NCBI GenBank assembly: GCA_965208105.1
Contig: OZ242318.1
Coordinates: 4,782,117 to 4,846,116 of the forward strand
From: Candidatus Latescibacterota bacterium
GTDB lineage: Bacteria > Latescibacterota > UBA2968 > UBA8231
DNA length: 64,000 nucleotides
Direction: 5' to 3'
The notes under the pieces were generated by a model. That model was given only the letters and a program-made list of their open reading frames with translations. It ran no database searches and had not been told where the DNA came from. Below, piece by piece: positions 1 to 10,310 of the stretch; positions within the stretch are counted from its first letter, which is position 1, and each line of letters starts with the position of its first letter. The position numbers were made by a program, and so were the translations under genes.

Positions 1-169
1 TCCACCTTTTGCAGAGTCTCATATATACCTCCATATGGTTCTGGTTCAGGGTTTCGGGGAACTGACGGACCCCGAGGTCCCATTTTTGGGAGGGTCCGAA
101 CAGCTTCCCTGCACAATCGCTCGATGTGCAGTGTTGCATTTTCCTAGCCTGATTCGGGCGAGCATGTCT

Positions 170-928
170 TTATTCGACAATGGCCTCTCGCAGCGAGAGA
201 ATCTGACCCTCGCTCATCCCGATGTTGCGGGCGTAGCCCACCACGCCGCAATAGCGCTCTTCGAGGGTGCGAAGGACGGCGAGCATGGTATCGGGACGGC
301 AATGCCGGTCCTGGTGGTCCTCCAGTGTGTAGGTGGCGGGGCTGAGCTCGGGATGGTTCGCCAGGTGCTGCGCGTAGGTGAGGCGGGCAGTCAGGGCGAA
401 GTCGGCGGCTATGGTCTCCTCCGGTACACCGGCGATGCCGAGGACGAGGGCGATGATGAGCCCGGTCCTTTCGGTGCCTCCGGCGCAGTGGACCAGGGCG
501 GGAAGAGTGCCGCGCTGTCCCAGAAGGCAGAGGGTGTCGTGAATATGGGACTTGCGCCGGTCCAGGACCACGGAGTAGGACCATCGCATGTGCTCGACAT
601 AGTCCAGTGAGGGGGGAATACTCTCGCGTTCCCTGATCAGGGTGTCTCCCACCATATTCTGGTGGAAGTACTGAAGGGCGTTCGAGCAGAGGAAGACGTT
701 GCGCTTTTCCTGCATCTCCGCGCTCTTTCTGAGGTCGAGGACCGAGCGCAGGCCATAGTCCAGGAGGACCTGCTGGGAATCGGGGGAAAGGTTGTGCAGG
801 GAGTCCGAGCGCAGCAGCCTTCCCCAGCGGGTCTGCCTTCCGTCGCTGGTGGCATATCCCCCGATGTCCCTGGTATTGCAGGTGCCTTCGAGTTCGAGGT
901 GCCGTCTCGGGTCCAGGTCGCTGGTCAT
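170..928 (-). CDS. Tyrosine-protein phosphatase (Y_phosphatase3/PtpB-IphP family)
   Basis: N-terminal NTRDIGGY, LLRSDSL, DLR and CX5R loop VHCAGGTERTG. Confidence 0.85.
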   Translation of the reverse strand: MTSDLDPRRHLELEGTCNTRDIGGYATSDGRQTRWGRLLRSDSLHNLSPDSQQVLLDYGLRSVLDLRKSAEMQEKRNVFLCSNALQYFHQNMVGDTLIRERESIPPSLDYVEHMRWSYSVVLDRRKSHIHDTLCLLGQRGTLPALVHCAGGTERTGLIIALVLGIAGVPEETIAADFALTARLTYAQHLANHPELSPATYTLEDHQDRHCRPDTMLAVLRTLEERYCGVVGYARNIGMSEGQILSLREAIVE

Positions 929-963
929 GATTGTCTCTCCTTCAACATCCGTGATCTCCTATT

Positions 964-1827
964 TTATCGGACCGGCTCGGGATGGCGCCGGGGGAAAAAT
1001 GAGTTCCCGGGGTGATCCCGCTCACCGGGATTGACGCGGTTGTCCTGACAGTAGACAGGCCGGACCAGGGTCCGGCGCTTGGGCGCAAGGGCCTGGAGTA
1101 CTTCCTCGGGGGGCTCCCAGACATGCCACTTGCTGCCCACCGTGTTGTAGCAGTTGAAGACGGCGCAGCGCTCCCGCTCTTTGCTCTTCCAGACGACGCC
1201 GGTATGGGTGATGGCCTCGGTGAAGAAAAGAACGGAGCCCGCCGGGCACTCATAGGTTTCCCAGAGTGGATGGTCCTCATGATCGGTTACCGGGGGACGG
1301 TCAAAGGCCGCTTTATGGCTGCCCGACAAAAAGCGGGTGCCGCCATCCCCTTTCAGGATGGGATTGAGTTCCCAGACCACCCGGGTGAGGCCGCTGTTGG
1401 CCCTGCCGGGCCTGAGGTGGTAGGTGTGGTGATTGCCGGGAAAGTTGAGCAGCCCGCTGCCGCCGTGAGGTCGAAAGGTCTTGTTGCCTGGACCCCAGGG
1501 CCTGATGGTCAGGTTGGACCCATCGAGGCGGAAGCCGTAGCCATCCTCCGAGGCCAGCGGTTCGTGGGCAACGAACTCGTTCATGAAGCCGATGACCACG
1601 GGATGGTCCATCAGCCTTTGCAGGGGTCCGCCTATGGAGGAGCGGGCGCTGACCGGAATCGAATCCGGGTCCCTGGCAAGCTGGTAGGAGAAATCGCGCA
1701 TTTCGGCGATGTCACCGGCTCCAAGGACGGCTGGAATACAGAGCCAGCCCCGGGTGTCGAAGACATAGCGCTGCTCTGCGCTCAACTCGATGGCGGGAAG
1801 TCCGTCGGCATTGGTGGATGCAGACAT
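964..1827 (-). CDS. Phytanoyl-CoA dioxygenase (PhyH)-like Fe/2OG enzyme
   Basis: EQRYVFDTRGWL, DGGTRFLSGSHK, distal His in EAITH; start moved to ATG 1827 (MSASTN), in frame with ORF 964..2193. Confidence 0.8.
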   Translation of the reverse strand: MSASTNADGLPAIELSAEQRYVFDTRGWLCIPAVLGAGDIAEMRDFSYQLARDPDSIPVSARSSIGGPLQRLMDHPVVIGFMNEFVAHEPLASEDGYGFRLDGSNLTIRPWGPGNKTFRPHGGSGLLNFPGNHHTYHLRPGRANSGLTRVVWELNPILKGDGGTRFLSGSHKAAFDRPPVTDHEDHPLWETYECPAGSVLFFTEAITHTGVVWKSKERERCAVFNCYNTVGSKWHVWEPPEEVLQALAPKRRTLVRPVYCQDNRVNPGERDHPGNSFFPRRHPEPVR

Positions 1828-1979
1828 GTCCTTTCTTTCATGACCTGGCATGGAAGATGCTGTCGTGCTGGCTATTGCCGCGGGGCAGCCCTTGACAAGC
1901 GCGGGTTGAGCCGGCCTTCTATCACCAGGGAGGCTGCCCGCCGGTAAGGGGGAGTTTTGGGGTCGGCTGTCGGGGCGGT

Positions 1980-2810
1980 CTAGCCGTGAAGCTCGAGATG
2001 TTTTCGCACCACTTCCTTCAGATCGCCCTTGAGGCCCTTTTCCGTAATGCTCATAAGGTCGATGGTTTCCGGGTCCAGTTCGATGTTGGCGTCGCGCGCT
2101 CTCTGGATGTCTGTGTCCGGGCCCGGGCTGTACACGTCCTGGGGACCGAAGGTGTAGAACATCATTCTCCGGTCCCGGTCCGTCGGCCGCCATTTGTGCG
2201 CGCCGTGTACCAGCCGCAGGGGCATGATGATGACATCCCCGGCGTTGACGGTCACGGTGACGGCTCCATGCATATCCAGGGGGTAGGGATTCTCCTTGGG
2301 ATAGTAGAACTCGGATTTGTGCGATCCGGGAATCACCACCAGTCCGCCGTCCCCGGGACGCACATCGGTCAAATAGAGAAAAGCGGTGAACAGATCGCAG
2401 TAGATCGACTTGGTTCCGTAGTTGGCAAAGAACCCGGGGGCGTCTTCGGGCCTGTATCGATCGATCTCTTTCTGGCAGTGGAATCCGTGGTCGGTGTGGT
2501 GCGCGCAGTTGAGCATCAGCTGGCCGCCGCGGAGGCGGGGCAAGTTGTTGAGCAGGGCACAGGCGTAACCAAGGATTTTTCGACTGCGGGGCAGCCTCTC
2601 CAGGGTCTTGTCGAAGATGAAGGCCCCGGAGTACTTTGCCCCGTAGTGGGCGTCCTGGTAGAGCTCGGGGTGATCCCTGACCACTCGCTCCGAGGCTTCG
2701 AATGCTTCCTTGACGGTCTCCTCGTCTATTGCCTGTTCGATCTTGAGGTATCCGAAAGTGTCGAAGAAATAAAGTTCCTCATCGGTCATTATCTTGTCGT
2801 CGTCCGCCAT
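1980..2810 (-). CDS. PhyH-like Fe/2OG enzyme
   Basis: YFFDTFGYL, YLTDVRPGDGGLVVIPGSHK, AGDVII..LVHG, RDRR. Confidence 0.85.
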   Translation of the reverse strand: MADDDKIMTDEELYFFDTFGYLKIEQAIDEETVKEAFEASERVVRDHPELYQDAHYGAKYSGAFIFDKTLERLPRSRKILGYACALLNNLPRLRGGQLMLNCAHHTDHGFHCQKEIDRYRPEDAPGFFANYGTKSIYCDLFTAFLYLTDVRPGDGGLVVIPGSHKSEFYYPKENPYPLDMHGAVTVTVNAGDVIIMPLRLVHGAHKWRPTDRDRRMMFYTFGPQDVYSPGPDTDIQRARDANIELDPETIDLMSITEKGLKGDLKEVVRKHLELHG

Positions 2811-2830
2811 GATTCAGGCAACCTCTCGGA

Positions 2831-2856
2831 TTTGTTGGTGAGCTTTGTTGGTGAGC
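2831..2856. repeat. Tandem 13-bp direct repeat TTTGTTGGTGAGC x2
   Basis: Two exact adjacent copies in the phyH/top6B divergent intergenic region. Confidence 0.9.
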
Positions 2857-2940
2857 GAGGAAAGTAACAGAATCTGAGAGAATATAATCCAAGGTATGGA
2901 ATTATCAAGGTTTATCGCATTCATCGCTTAATGGGTCCTG

Positions 2941-2970
2941 TTGACACGGCGCTTTGAAGATGGTTACCTT
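2941..2970 (+). promoter_or_regulatory. Putative sigma70 promoter of top6BA
   Basis: TTGACA (2941-2946), 18 bp, TACCTT (2965-2970). Confidence 0.45.
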
Positions 2971-3082
2971 ATTTCATCCTCGGGCGTCCTGCCCACCTGT
3001 CCCTCTCCCCTGATAGTGCAGTGGGCCCGGCCCATCCAGGCCGCGGCGACGTCGACAATCGGCTCCTCCCCTGGAATTTCAA

Positions 3083-4708
3083 ATGACTGAAATCACCTCA
3101 TCTGAACCCCCCGCAGCGCGAGGAGGTCCCGGAAAGCCGCGGCGGAGGGCTTCGGCGAACGGCCGGGAGACCGCCCAGTCCATGGCCGCCCGCCAGCGCG
3201 AGATCTCGGTCTCCGAATTCTTCAGCCGCAACCGCCACCTGCTCGGCTTCGACAACCCGCGAAGGGCGTTGCTCACCGGGGTAAAGGAAGCCGTGGACAA
3301 CAGCCTCGACGCCTGCGAGGAGGCGGGAATCCTCCCCAGAATCCAGGTAGGCATCAGGCAGTTTGGCGAAGATCGCTACGTCATGCGGGTGGAGGACAAT
3401 GGCCCCGGCATCGTCAAGAGCCAGATCCCCAACATATTCGGCAAACTGCTCTACGGATCCAAGTTCCATCGCCTCAAGATGTCGCGCGGCCAGCAGGGCA
3501 TGGGCATCTCGGCGGCCAGCATGTACGGGCAGTTGACTACCGGCAAGCCAACCCGGATCGTCTCGCGGACCGGACCGCGGAGCCCTGCCCACCAGTACGA
3601 GATTCAGATCAACACCACCAGGAACAAGCCCGAAATCGTCCGGGAAGAGGACGTTGAATGGGACTCCCCCCGGGGAACGGTGGTGGAGATCGAGATGGAG
3701 GCGCGCTATTTGCGCGGACGCCAATCCGTCGACGAGTACCTGCGCCAGACGGCGCTGGCCAATCCTCACCTGCACCTGACCTACGCCGCACCGGACGGCC
3801 GCAGGACATCCTACGAAAACTCGGCCAGCGCATTGCCGCCGGAACCTGCGGAGGTCAGGCCCCATCCGCACGGCATCGAATTGGGAGTGCTGATGAAGAT
3901 GCTGCAGTCCACGCCCCATCGCAGCTTGCAGGGATTCCTGACCAGGGAGTTTTGCCGCGTCTCGGTGCGGGCGGCCAAGGAAATCTGCCAGCGCTCCGAC
4001 CTCGCCCCCGACTCCCGGCCCAGACGCATCGCCCGGGGGGAGAGCGACCGGCTATTCAAGGTCATAAACGCCACCAGGCTGATGAAGCCTCCCACCGACT
4101 GCATCGTGCCTATCGGAGCCGATCTGCTTCAGAACAGCCTGCAACAGAGCGTCCAGGCGGCGTTCTACACGTCGGGGACCCGGCCGCCCGGGGTCTACCG
4201 CGGGAATCCGTTTCAGGTCGAGGTGGCCATGGCCTTCGGCGGCGATATCGATCCGGAAGGGAACGTGGGACTTATGCGCTTCGCCAACCGCGTGCCTCTG
4301 CTCTACCAGCAGTCCGCCTGTGCCATTGCGAGAACAATGATCGGGGTGGAATGGCGCAACTACCGGATCAGCCAGAGCTCGGGAGCCATGCCCACCGGGC
4401 CGCTCCTCGTCGCGGTGCACGTGGCTTCGGTGTGGGTGCCCTTCACCTCGGAGAGCAAAGAGGCCATCGCCCACTACCCCGAGATCATGAGGGAGATCCG
4501 CCTGGGATTGCAGGAATGCGGCCGGCGGGTGGGAGAGCACATCGGCCGCGAGCGGCGGGCGGCCGACGCCGCCCGCAGGAAGTCCTACATAGGGCAGTAC
4601 ATGGGCCACATCGCCCAGGCTCTGCAGGACATCACGGGAGACGGTGCAGATAAAAGAAACCAGATCGAGGAAAATCTTCAGTCCATGCTTGAGAGGAGCC
4701 GCTCGTGA
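3083..4708 (+). CDS. top6B: DNA topoisomerase VI subunit B
   Basis: [21 protein letters not shown] motifs [28 protein letters not shown]; RFANRVPL; [12 protein letters not shown]. Confidence 0.96.
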   Translation: MTEITSSEPPAARGGPGKPRRRASANGRETAQSMAARQREISVSEFFSRNRHLLGFDNPRRALLTGVKEAVDNSLDACEEAGILPRIQVGIRQFGEDRYVMRVEDNGPGIVKSQIPNIFGKLLYGSKFHRLKMSRGQQGMGISAASMYGQLTTGKPTRIVSRTGPRSPAHQYEIQINTTRNKPEIVREEDVEWDSPRGTVVEIEMEARYLRGRQSVDEYLRQTALANPHLHLTYAAPDGRRTSYENSASALPPEPAEVRPHPHGIELGVLMKMLQSTPHRSLQGFLTREFCRVSVRAAKEICQRSDLAPDSRPRRIARGESDRLFKVINATRLMKPPTDCIVPIGADLLQNSLQQSVQAAFYTSGTRPPGVYRGNPFQVEVAMAFGGDIDPEGNVGLMRFANRVPLLYQQSACAIARTMIGVEWRNYRISQSSGAMPTGPLLVAVHVASVWVPFTSESKEAIAHYPEIMREIRLGLQECGRRVGEHIGRERRAADAARRKSYIGQYMGHIAQALQDITGDGADKRNQIEENLQSMLERSRS

Positions 4709-5790
4709 ACCGGTTGATCAGACAGATTGAATTGGAGGGCGGAAAGATCCGCGACAAGATTCTGCGCAGGCAAAAACCCTCCATGCGCTTTCCGCTGCGC
4801 AGCCTGAGCAATGTGCGCTTCGATCCCAGAACCGGATTTTTCGAGATGGGTCGCAAGACCAAGGAGCGCACCCTGACGGTATCCACGGTCAAGACCTTCG
4901 CCCAGTCGCTCAAGATGATCGCTCTTTCGAAGACCCTGATCGAAACCGACGATATCGCCACCAAGCGCGAGGCGTATTACGTCGCAAAGGGATGGAGCGA
5001 GGAGATCCGCTTCGCCGAACAGGTCGAGTCGGACACGGTGCTGGACGACGTTGAATCACTGTTCCTGGTCAACCGCGAGCAGCTCGGGTTCGTCCCCGAG
5101 GAAAAGGGCGGTGAGGTGGCCGGCAATCTGATCGTGGTCGACCGCGACCGCGACAGCGGCGAAGAACTGGAGATCGACTGCACCCGATTCGGCTCCGGCG
5201 CCTACTCGATCCCCATTTCGGTCGAGGAGCTCCGTTTCGAGTCGGACGCCAGGTTCGTTCTGGCCATCGAGACCGCGGGGATGTTTCAGCGCCTGGTCAA
5301 GCACAGTTTCTGGCGCGTGGCCCAGTGCATTCTGGTGTCGATGGGAGGGGTGCCGACGAGAGCGACGCGGCGTTTCATTCGCCGCCTCTCCGACGACCTC
5401 GGGATACCGGTCTACGCCTTTGTGGACTGCGATCCCTACGGCATCTGCAACATCTACCGGACCCTCAAGGTCGGTTCGGGCAACGCCGCCCACATCAACG
5501 AGTTCTTCTGCGTGCCCAAAGCCAGGTTCCTCGGCGTTACGCCGGACGACATCAGACGCTACGGCCTGCCGACCCATAGAATGACCGAGGTGGATATCAA
5601 GCGCATCGACGACGCCCTCAGGAACGACCCCTTCGTTCAGCATTACAAGAGGTGGCAGAAGGCCCTCGCCGCGCTGAGGGAATCCGGCTACCGGGCGGAG
5701 CAGCAGGCATTCGCGGTACACAACCTCAACCATGTGATCAGCACCTACCTCCCGGAGAAACTGGAGGACCCGAACACCTTTCTGCCTTGA
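4705..5790 (+). CDS. top6A: DNA topoisomerase VI subunit A (Spo11-like)
   Basis: TKREAYY catalytic Tyr, TOPRIM IETAGMF and VDCDPYG, AEQQA; 4-nt overlap with top6B. Confidence 0.95.
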   Translation: MNRLIRQIELEGGKIRDKILRRQKPSMRFPLRSLSNVRFDPRTGFFEMGRKTKERTLTVSTVKTFAQSLKMIALSKTLIETDDIATKREAYYVAKGWSEEIRFAEQVESDTVLDDVESLFLVNREQLGFVPEEKGGEVAGNLIVVDRDRDSGEELEIDCTRFGSGAYSIPISVEELRFESDARFVLAIETAGMFQRLVKHSFWRVAQCILVSMGGVPTRATRRFIRRLSDDLGIPVYAFVDCDPYGICNIYRTLKVGSGNAAHINEFFCVPKARFLGVTPDDIRRYGLPTHRMTEVDIKRIDDALRNDPFVQHYKRWQKALAALRESGYRAEQQAFAVHNLNHVISTYLPEKLEDPNTFLP

Positions 5791-5883
5791 AGACCAGGGG
5801 TGTCTGGACGGGACGGGGAGCCGGGAGAAGTCCTGAGGGAAAGGTGCAGGAGAAGGGGAGTGCCCTGCAGGAACAGGCCGGGA

Positions 5884-6504
5884 TCAGGAGGTGATGAGAA
5901 ACAGGGCCAGGAGGATGATCCAAACCACCTCGAGGAAGTGCCAGTAGTTGGTCCAGAGCTGGAGGGAGGGTATTCGCACCCTGTCCAGGCCATGGCGCAA
6001 GGCTTGCAGGGTCAACCAGCTCAGGGGAACCATGCCTCCGATCACGTGCAGGGCGTGGATGAGGATGAGAGCTGCGGCAATTCCGTAGATACTTGCATTC
6101 TTCTGCTCCAGCGCCACCTCGTGGGATCTGAGCAAGTCCACCATGCACGGGGCCTGAATGGCCATGAAGACCGCGCCAAGCACCCAGGTCGAGCTCAACC
6201 AGCGGCGCAGGTCGTCGGCGCTGCCGCGGCGCAGGCCGCCAAGGGCAGCGCGGGTGGTCAACCCGGATACCAGCAGGACTGCGGTTGATGCCCACAGCCC
6301 TGCCGGAAGCTCGATCGAGCCGGGAGGCAGAGCGGATCCGCTGTTGCCGCGGATGACCAGATAGCCGACGACCCCCGCTGCAAAGAGCACCGCGAGCGAC
6401 GCCAGGAACAGCCGCATCCCCATGCGCAGGGCGGCGGAGGAACCCTCAGTGTGAGGGTTGGGGGTGCCGGCAGCCTTGGCATCTTCCTGTCCGGGTTGCT
6501 TCAC
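5884..6504 (-). CDS. Heme-copper oxidase subunit III family protein
   Basis: GMRLFLAS, HALHVIGG, YWHFLEVVWI; about five TM helices. Confidence 0.85.
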   Translation of the reverse strand: MKQPGQEDAKAAGTPNPHTEGSSAALRMGMRLFLASLAVLFAAGVVGYLVIRGNSGSALPPGSIELPAGLWASTAVLLVSGLTTRAALGGLRRGSADDLRRWLSSTWVLGAVFMAIQAPCMVDLLRSHEVALEQKNASIYGIAAALILIHALHVIGGMVPLSWLTLQALRHGLDRVRIPSLQLWTNYWHFLEVVWIILLALFLITS

Positions 6505-6512
6505 GTCAACCC

Positions 6513-7697
<1,185 letters not shown>

Positions 7698-7714
7698 GTG
7701 GACCTCCCTCTGTT

Positions 7715-8752
7715 TCAGTCGCTCCAGTGGAGAATGACCTTGCCGGAGCGGCCGGACCGCATGACTTCGAATCCTTCCTCGAATGAAGCATAGGGGAAGT
7801 GATGGGTGATCACCGGCGAAATGTCCAGACCGCTCTGAATCATGCTCGTCATCTTGTACCAGGTCTCGTACATCTCGCGGCCATAGACGCCCTTGATGGT
7901 CAGGCCGTTGAAGATCACCGCGTTCCAGTCGATGGAAATTCTCGACTCCGGTATGCCGAGCAAGGCAACCTTGCCCCCGTGGCACATGTTCGCCAGCATG
8001 TCCTCGACGGCCGCCTCGCTTCCCGACATCTCCAGTCCGACGTCGAAACCTTCCTTCATGCCGAGCTCGCCGGCCACGTCCCCGACCCGCTTGGAAGTCA
8101 CGTCGACGGTGCGCGTGGCGCCCATTCTGCGGGCGAGCTCCAGCCTGTAGGGGTTGACGTCGGTCGCCACTACGTAGCGCGCGCCGGCGTGCCTGGCGAC
8201 GGCCACCGCCATGATGCCGATGGGACCGGCTCCGGTGACGAGCACGTCCTCGCCGAGCACGTCGAAGGACAGGGCGGTGTGGGTGGCGTTGCCGAGGGGG
8301 TCGAAGCACGAGAGTATGTCGGTTGGGATGCCGGGGTCGCAGTGCCATACATTGCTCACCGGCAGGCACAGGTACTCTGCAAAGGCGCCGTCGCGCTCGA
8401 TTCCCACACCGCTCGTACGCGCGCACAGATGTCTGCGTCCGGCGAGGCAGTTGCGGCAGCGACCGCAGACGATATGTCCCTCCCCGCTGACCAGGTCGCC
8501 CGGCTTGAACTCGCCGACGTTTCCCCCGGTCTCTTCCACAGTGCCGACGAATTCGTGACCCGTTACCATGGGGGTCGGAATGGTCCGTTGCGCCCACGCA
8601 TCCCAGTTGTAGATGTGGACGTCCGATCCGCAGATGGAACTCTTCATCACCTTGATCAGGACGTCGCTCCCATCCACGTGCGGAACCGGAACCTCCTCGA
8701 GCCACAGGCCCGGTTCGGGAAATTTCTTCACCAGGGCTTTCATTTTCTTCAT
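7715..8752 (-). CDS. tdh: L-threonine 3-dehydrogenase
   Basis: [47 protein letters not shown]. Confidence 0.97.
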   Translation of the reverse strand: MKKMKALVKKFPEPGLWLEEVPVPHVDGSDVLIKVMKSSICGSDVHIYNWDAWAQRTIPTPMVTGHEFVGTVEETGGNVGEFKPGDLVSGEGHIVCGRCRNCLAGRRHLCARTSGVGIERDGAFAEYLCLPVSNVWHCDPGIPTDILSCFDPLGNATHTALSFDVLGEDVLVTGAGPIGIMAVAVARHAGARYVVATDVNPYRLELARRMGATRTVDVTSKRVGDVAGELGMKEGFDVGLEMSGSEAAVEDMLANMCHGGKVALLGIPESRISIDWNAVIFNGLTIKGVYGREMYETWYKMTSMIQSGLDISPVITHHFPYASFEEGFEVMRSGRSGKVILHWSD

Positions 8753-8769
8753 AACGGATCCGGAGGTTC

Positions 8770-8937
8770 CTAGTGTCCCGTCGCAGAGATAGGTTGACGA
8801 AATTGGGCCGCCGAGGCGCCCGGCTCACAAGGCGCCTGAGCGAGTCGTACCAGTGGTGTACGGCGAGTGAAGGCAACGCCGTGAGCCGGGATGGATCGGC
8901 GGAATAATGGCGACATATTTCTGCGACGGGACACTAG
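8770..8937. mobile_element. MITE/REPIN-like palindromic element, copy 1 (168 bp)
   Basis: Perfect 18-bp TIR CTAGTGTCCCGTCGCAGA; near-identical reverse-complement copy at 50167-50334; no transposase. Confidence 0.8.
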
Positions 8938-9695
8938 AGCATCAGGTCGCCGCCGTTTATATCGATGGACGCCCCGGTGGTGTAGGGAGAATCCGCAGCC
9001 AGGAAGAGGGCGAGCCGGGCGACCTCCCCCGGCGTGCCGAGTCTGGGAATGGGGAAACTTTGCTCGTAGGCGCGCAGCTTCTCCGTGTCGCAGTTCCGGC
9101 GCACCATCTCGGTGTCGATCAGGCCGGGACAGATGGCGTTGGCCGTGATGCCGTGGGGCGCCATTTCCTTCGCCAGCGCCCTGGTAAAACCGAGGACTCC
9201 CGCTTTGGCGCTGGTGTAGTGGGCGCCTCCCAGGGTACTGACGCTCCTCCCGGCGGAAGAGGACATGTTGATGATGCGGCCGAATCCGTTCCGTTTCATG
9301 GTGGCGAGAACGGCCTGGGAGCACAGAAAAGTGGCTCTCAAATTAACCTCCATTACCAGGTCCCACTCCTCCGGAGATATGGCCTCGATGCGGGTCGAGT
9401 GCAGGATGCCCGCATTGTTCACCAGGATGTGAATGGATCCGAACTCGTCGAGCACGGCTTCCACCATGGCCGCGACCTGGTCTTCCTTGCCTACGTCCGT
9501 CGGCAGGGCCAGGACCTCTGCCCCGTCTCCTTCGATGCGGGCAGCAGCCTCTCTGAGGCCGTCGCCGGAGATATCGCACAAGGCGACGCGGGCGCCTTCC
9601 CGTGCCATCAGCGAGGCGATGGCGAATCCCATACCCTGAGCAGCGCCGGTCACGATGGCGACCTTGTCGTCCAGTTTTCCACGCGGTGCTGCCAT
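8934..9695 (-). CDS. Short-chain dehydrogenase/reductase (FabG-like)
   Basis: TGAAQGMG, NNAG, YTSAK, PGLIDT; start ATG 9695. Confidence 0.9.
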   Translation of the reverse strand: MAAPRGKLDDKVAIVTGAAQGMGFAIASLMAREGARVALCDISGDGLREAAARIEGDGAEVLALPTDVGKEDQVAAMVEAVLDEFGSIHILVNNAGILHSTRIEAISPEEWDLVMEVNLRATFLCSQAVLATMKRNGFGRIINMSSSAGRSVSTLGGAHYTSAKAGVLGFTRALAKEMAPHGITANAICPGLIDTEMVRRNCDTEKLRAYEQSFPIPRLGTPGEVARLALFLAADSPYTTGASIDINGGDLML

Positions 9696-9897
9696 GGACG
9701 GGCAATCCTCCTTGCCGCGCAAGGTGGGCTGTGCTCCACAGGCCCTCAAGGGTGGCTTGCGGGGTCGCGCGGCCTATTGAATATGACAACAAATGCCCGC
9801 CCGTCCAGACGTTTGCAGGAGGGGGCTGCACGTGGAGGTGGGGGCCCGGTCCCGGGATGTCGCCGGGAAGGGATTCTCATCTTCCGGGAAGGCTGCC

Positions 9898-10278
9898 TCA
9901 GACTGCGGCTATGGCGTCGAAGGCCACCTGGCATCCACCGGGAAATTCCTTGCAGGCGATGGTGGTCCGCGCCGGCCGGTGGTCGCCGAAAACTTCGAGG
10001 TAGGCCTCGTTCATCTCCGCAAAGTACTGAAAATCGCTGAGATAGACGGTGACCTTGAGCACCCGCGAGAGGTCGCTCCCCGCGGCGCGCAGAATCTCGA
10101 CGATGCTGGCGAAGGCGCGCTGGGTCTGGTCCGCGATCGATCCCGTCTCTTCACCCGGGGCGGGAGAACCCAGCTGGGAAGAGATGTAGGCGGTTCCGTC
10201 GTGCACTGCGACGTGAGAGTAGGGTCCGGGCGGGTTCGCTTTGGGGACCACGATGAATTTGATTTGAGGGTTCGCCAT
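9898..10278 (-). CDS. RidA/YjgF family enamine deaminase
   Basis: GPYSH, KVTVYLSD, MNEAY, PART; start ATG 10278 with GGAGG RBS. Confidence 0.88.
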   Translation of the reverse strand: MANPQIKFIVVPKANPPGPYSHVAVHDGTAYISSQLGSPAPGEETGSIADQTQRAFASIVEILRAAGSDLSRVLKVTVYLSDFQYFAEMNEAYLEVFGDHRPARTTIACKEFPGGCQVAFDAIAAV

Positions 10279-10310
10279 TTCGCCTCCTGTGTTTCGGGTG
10301 ATTTTTGAAA

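Noticed and set aside
170-928. Phosphatase loop variant (GTER instead of GKDR) as a pseudo-enzyme
   Set aside because: Catalytic CX5R is intact; variation is within what the family may tolerate
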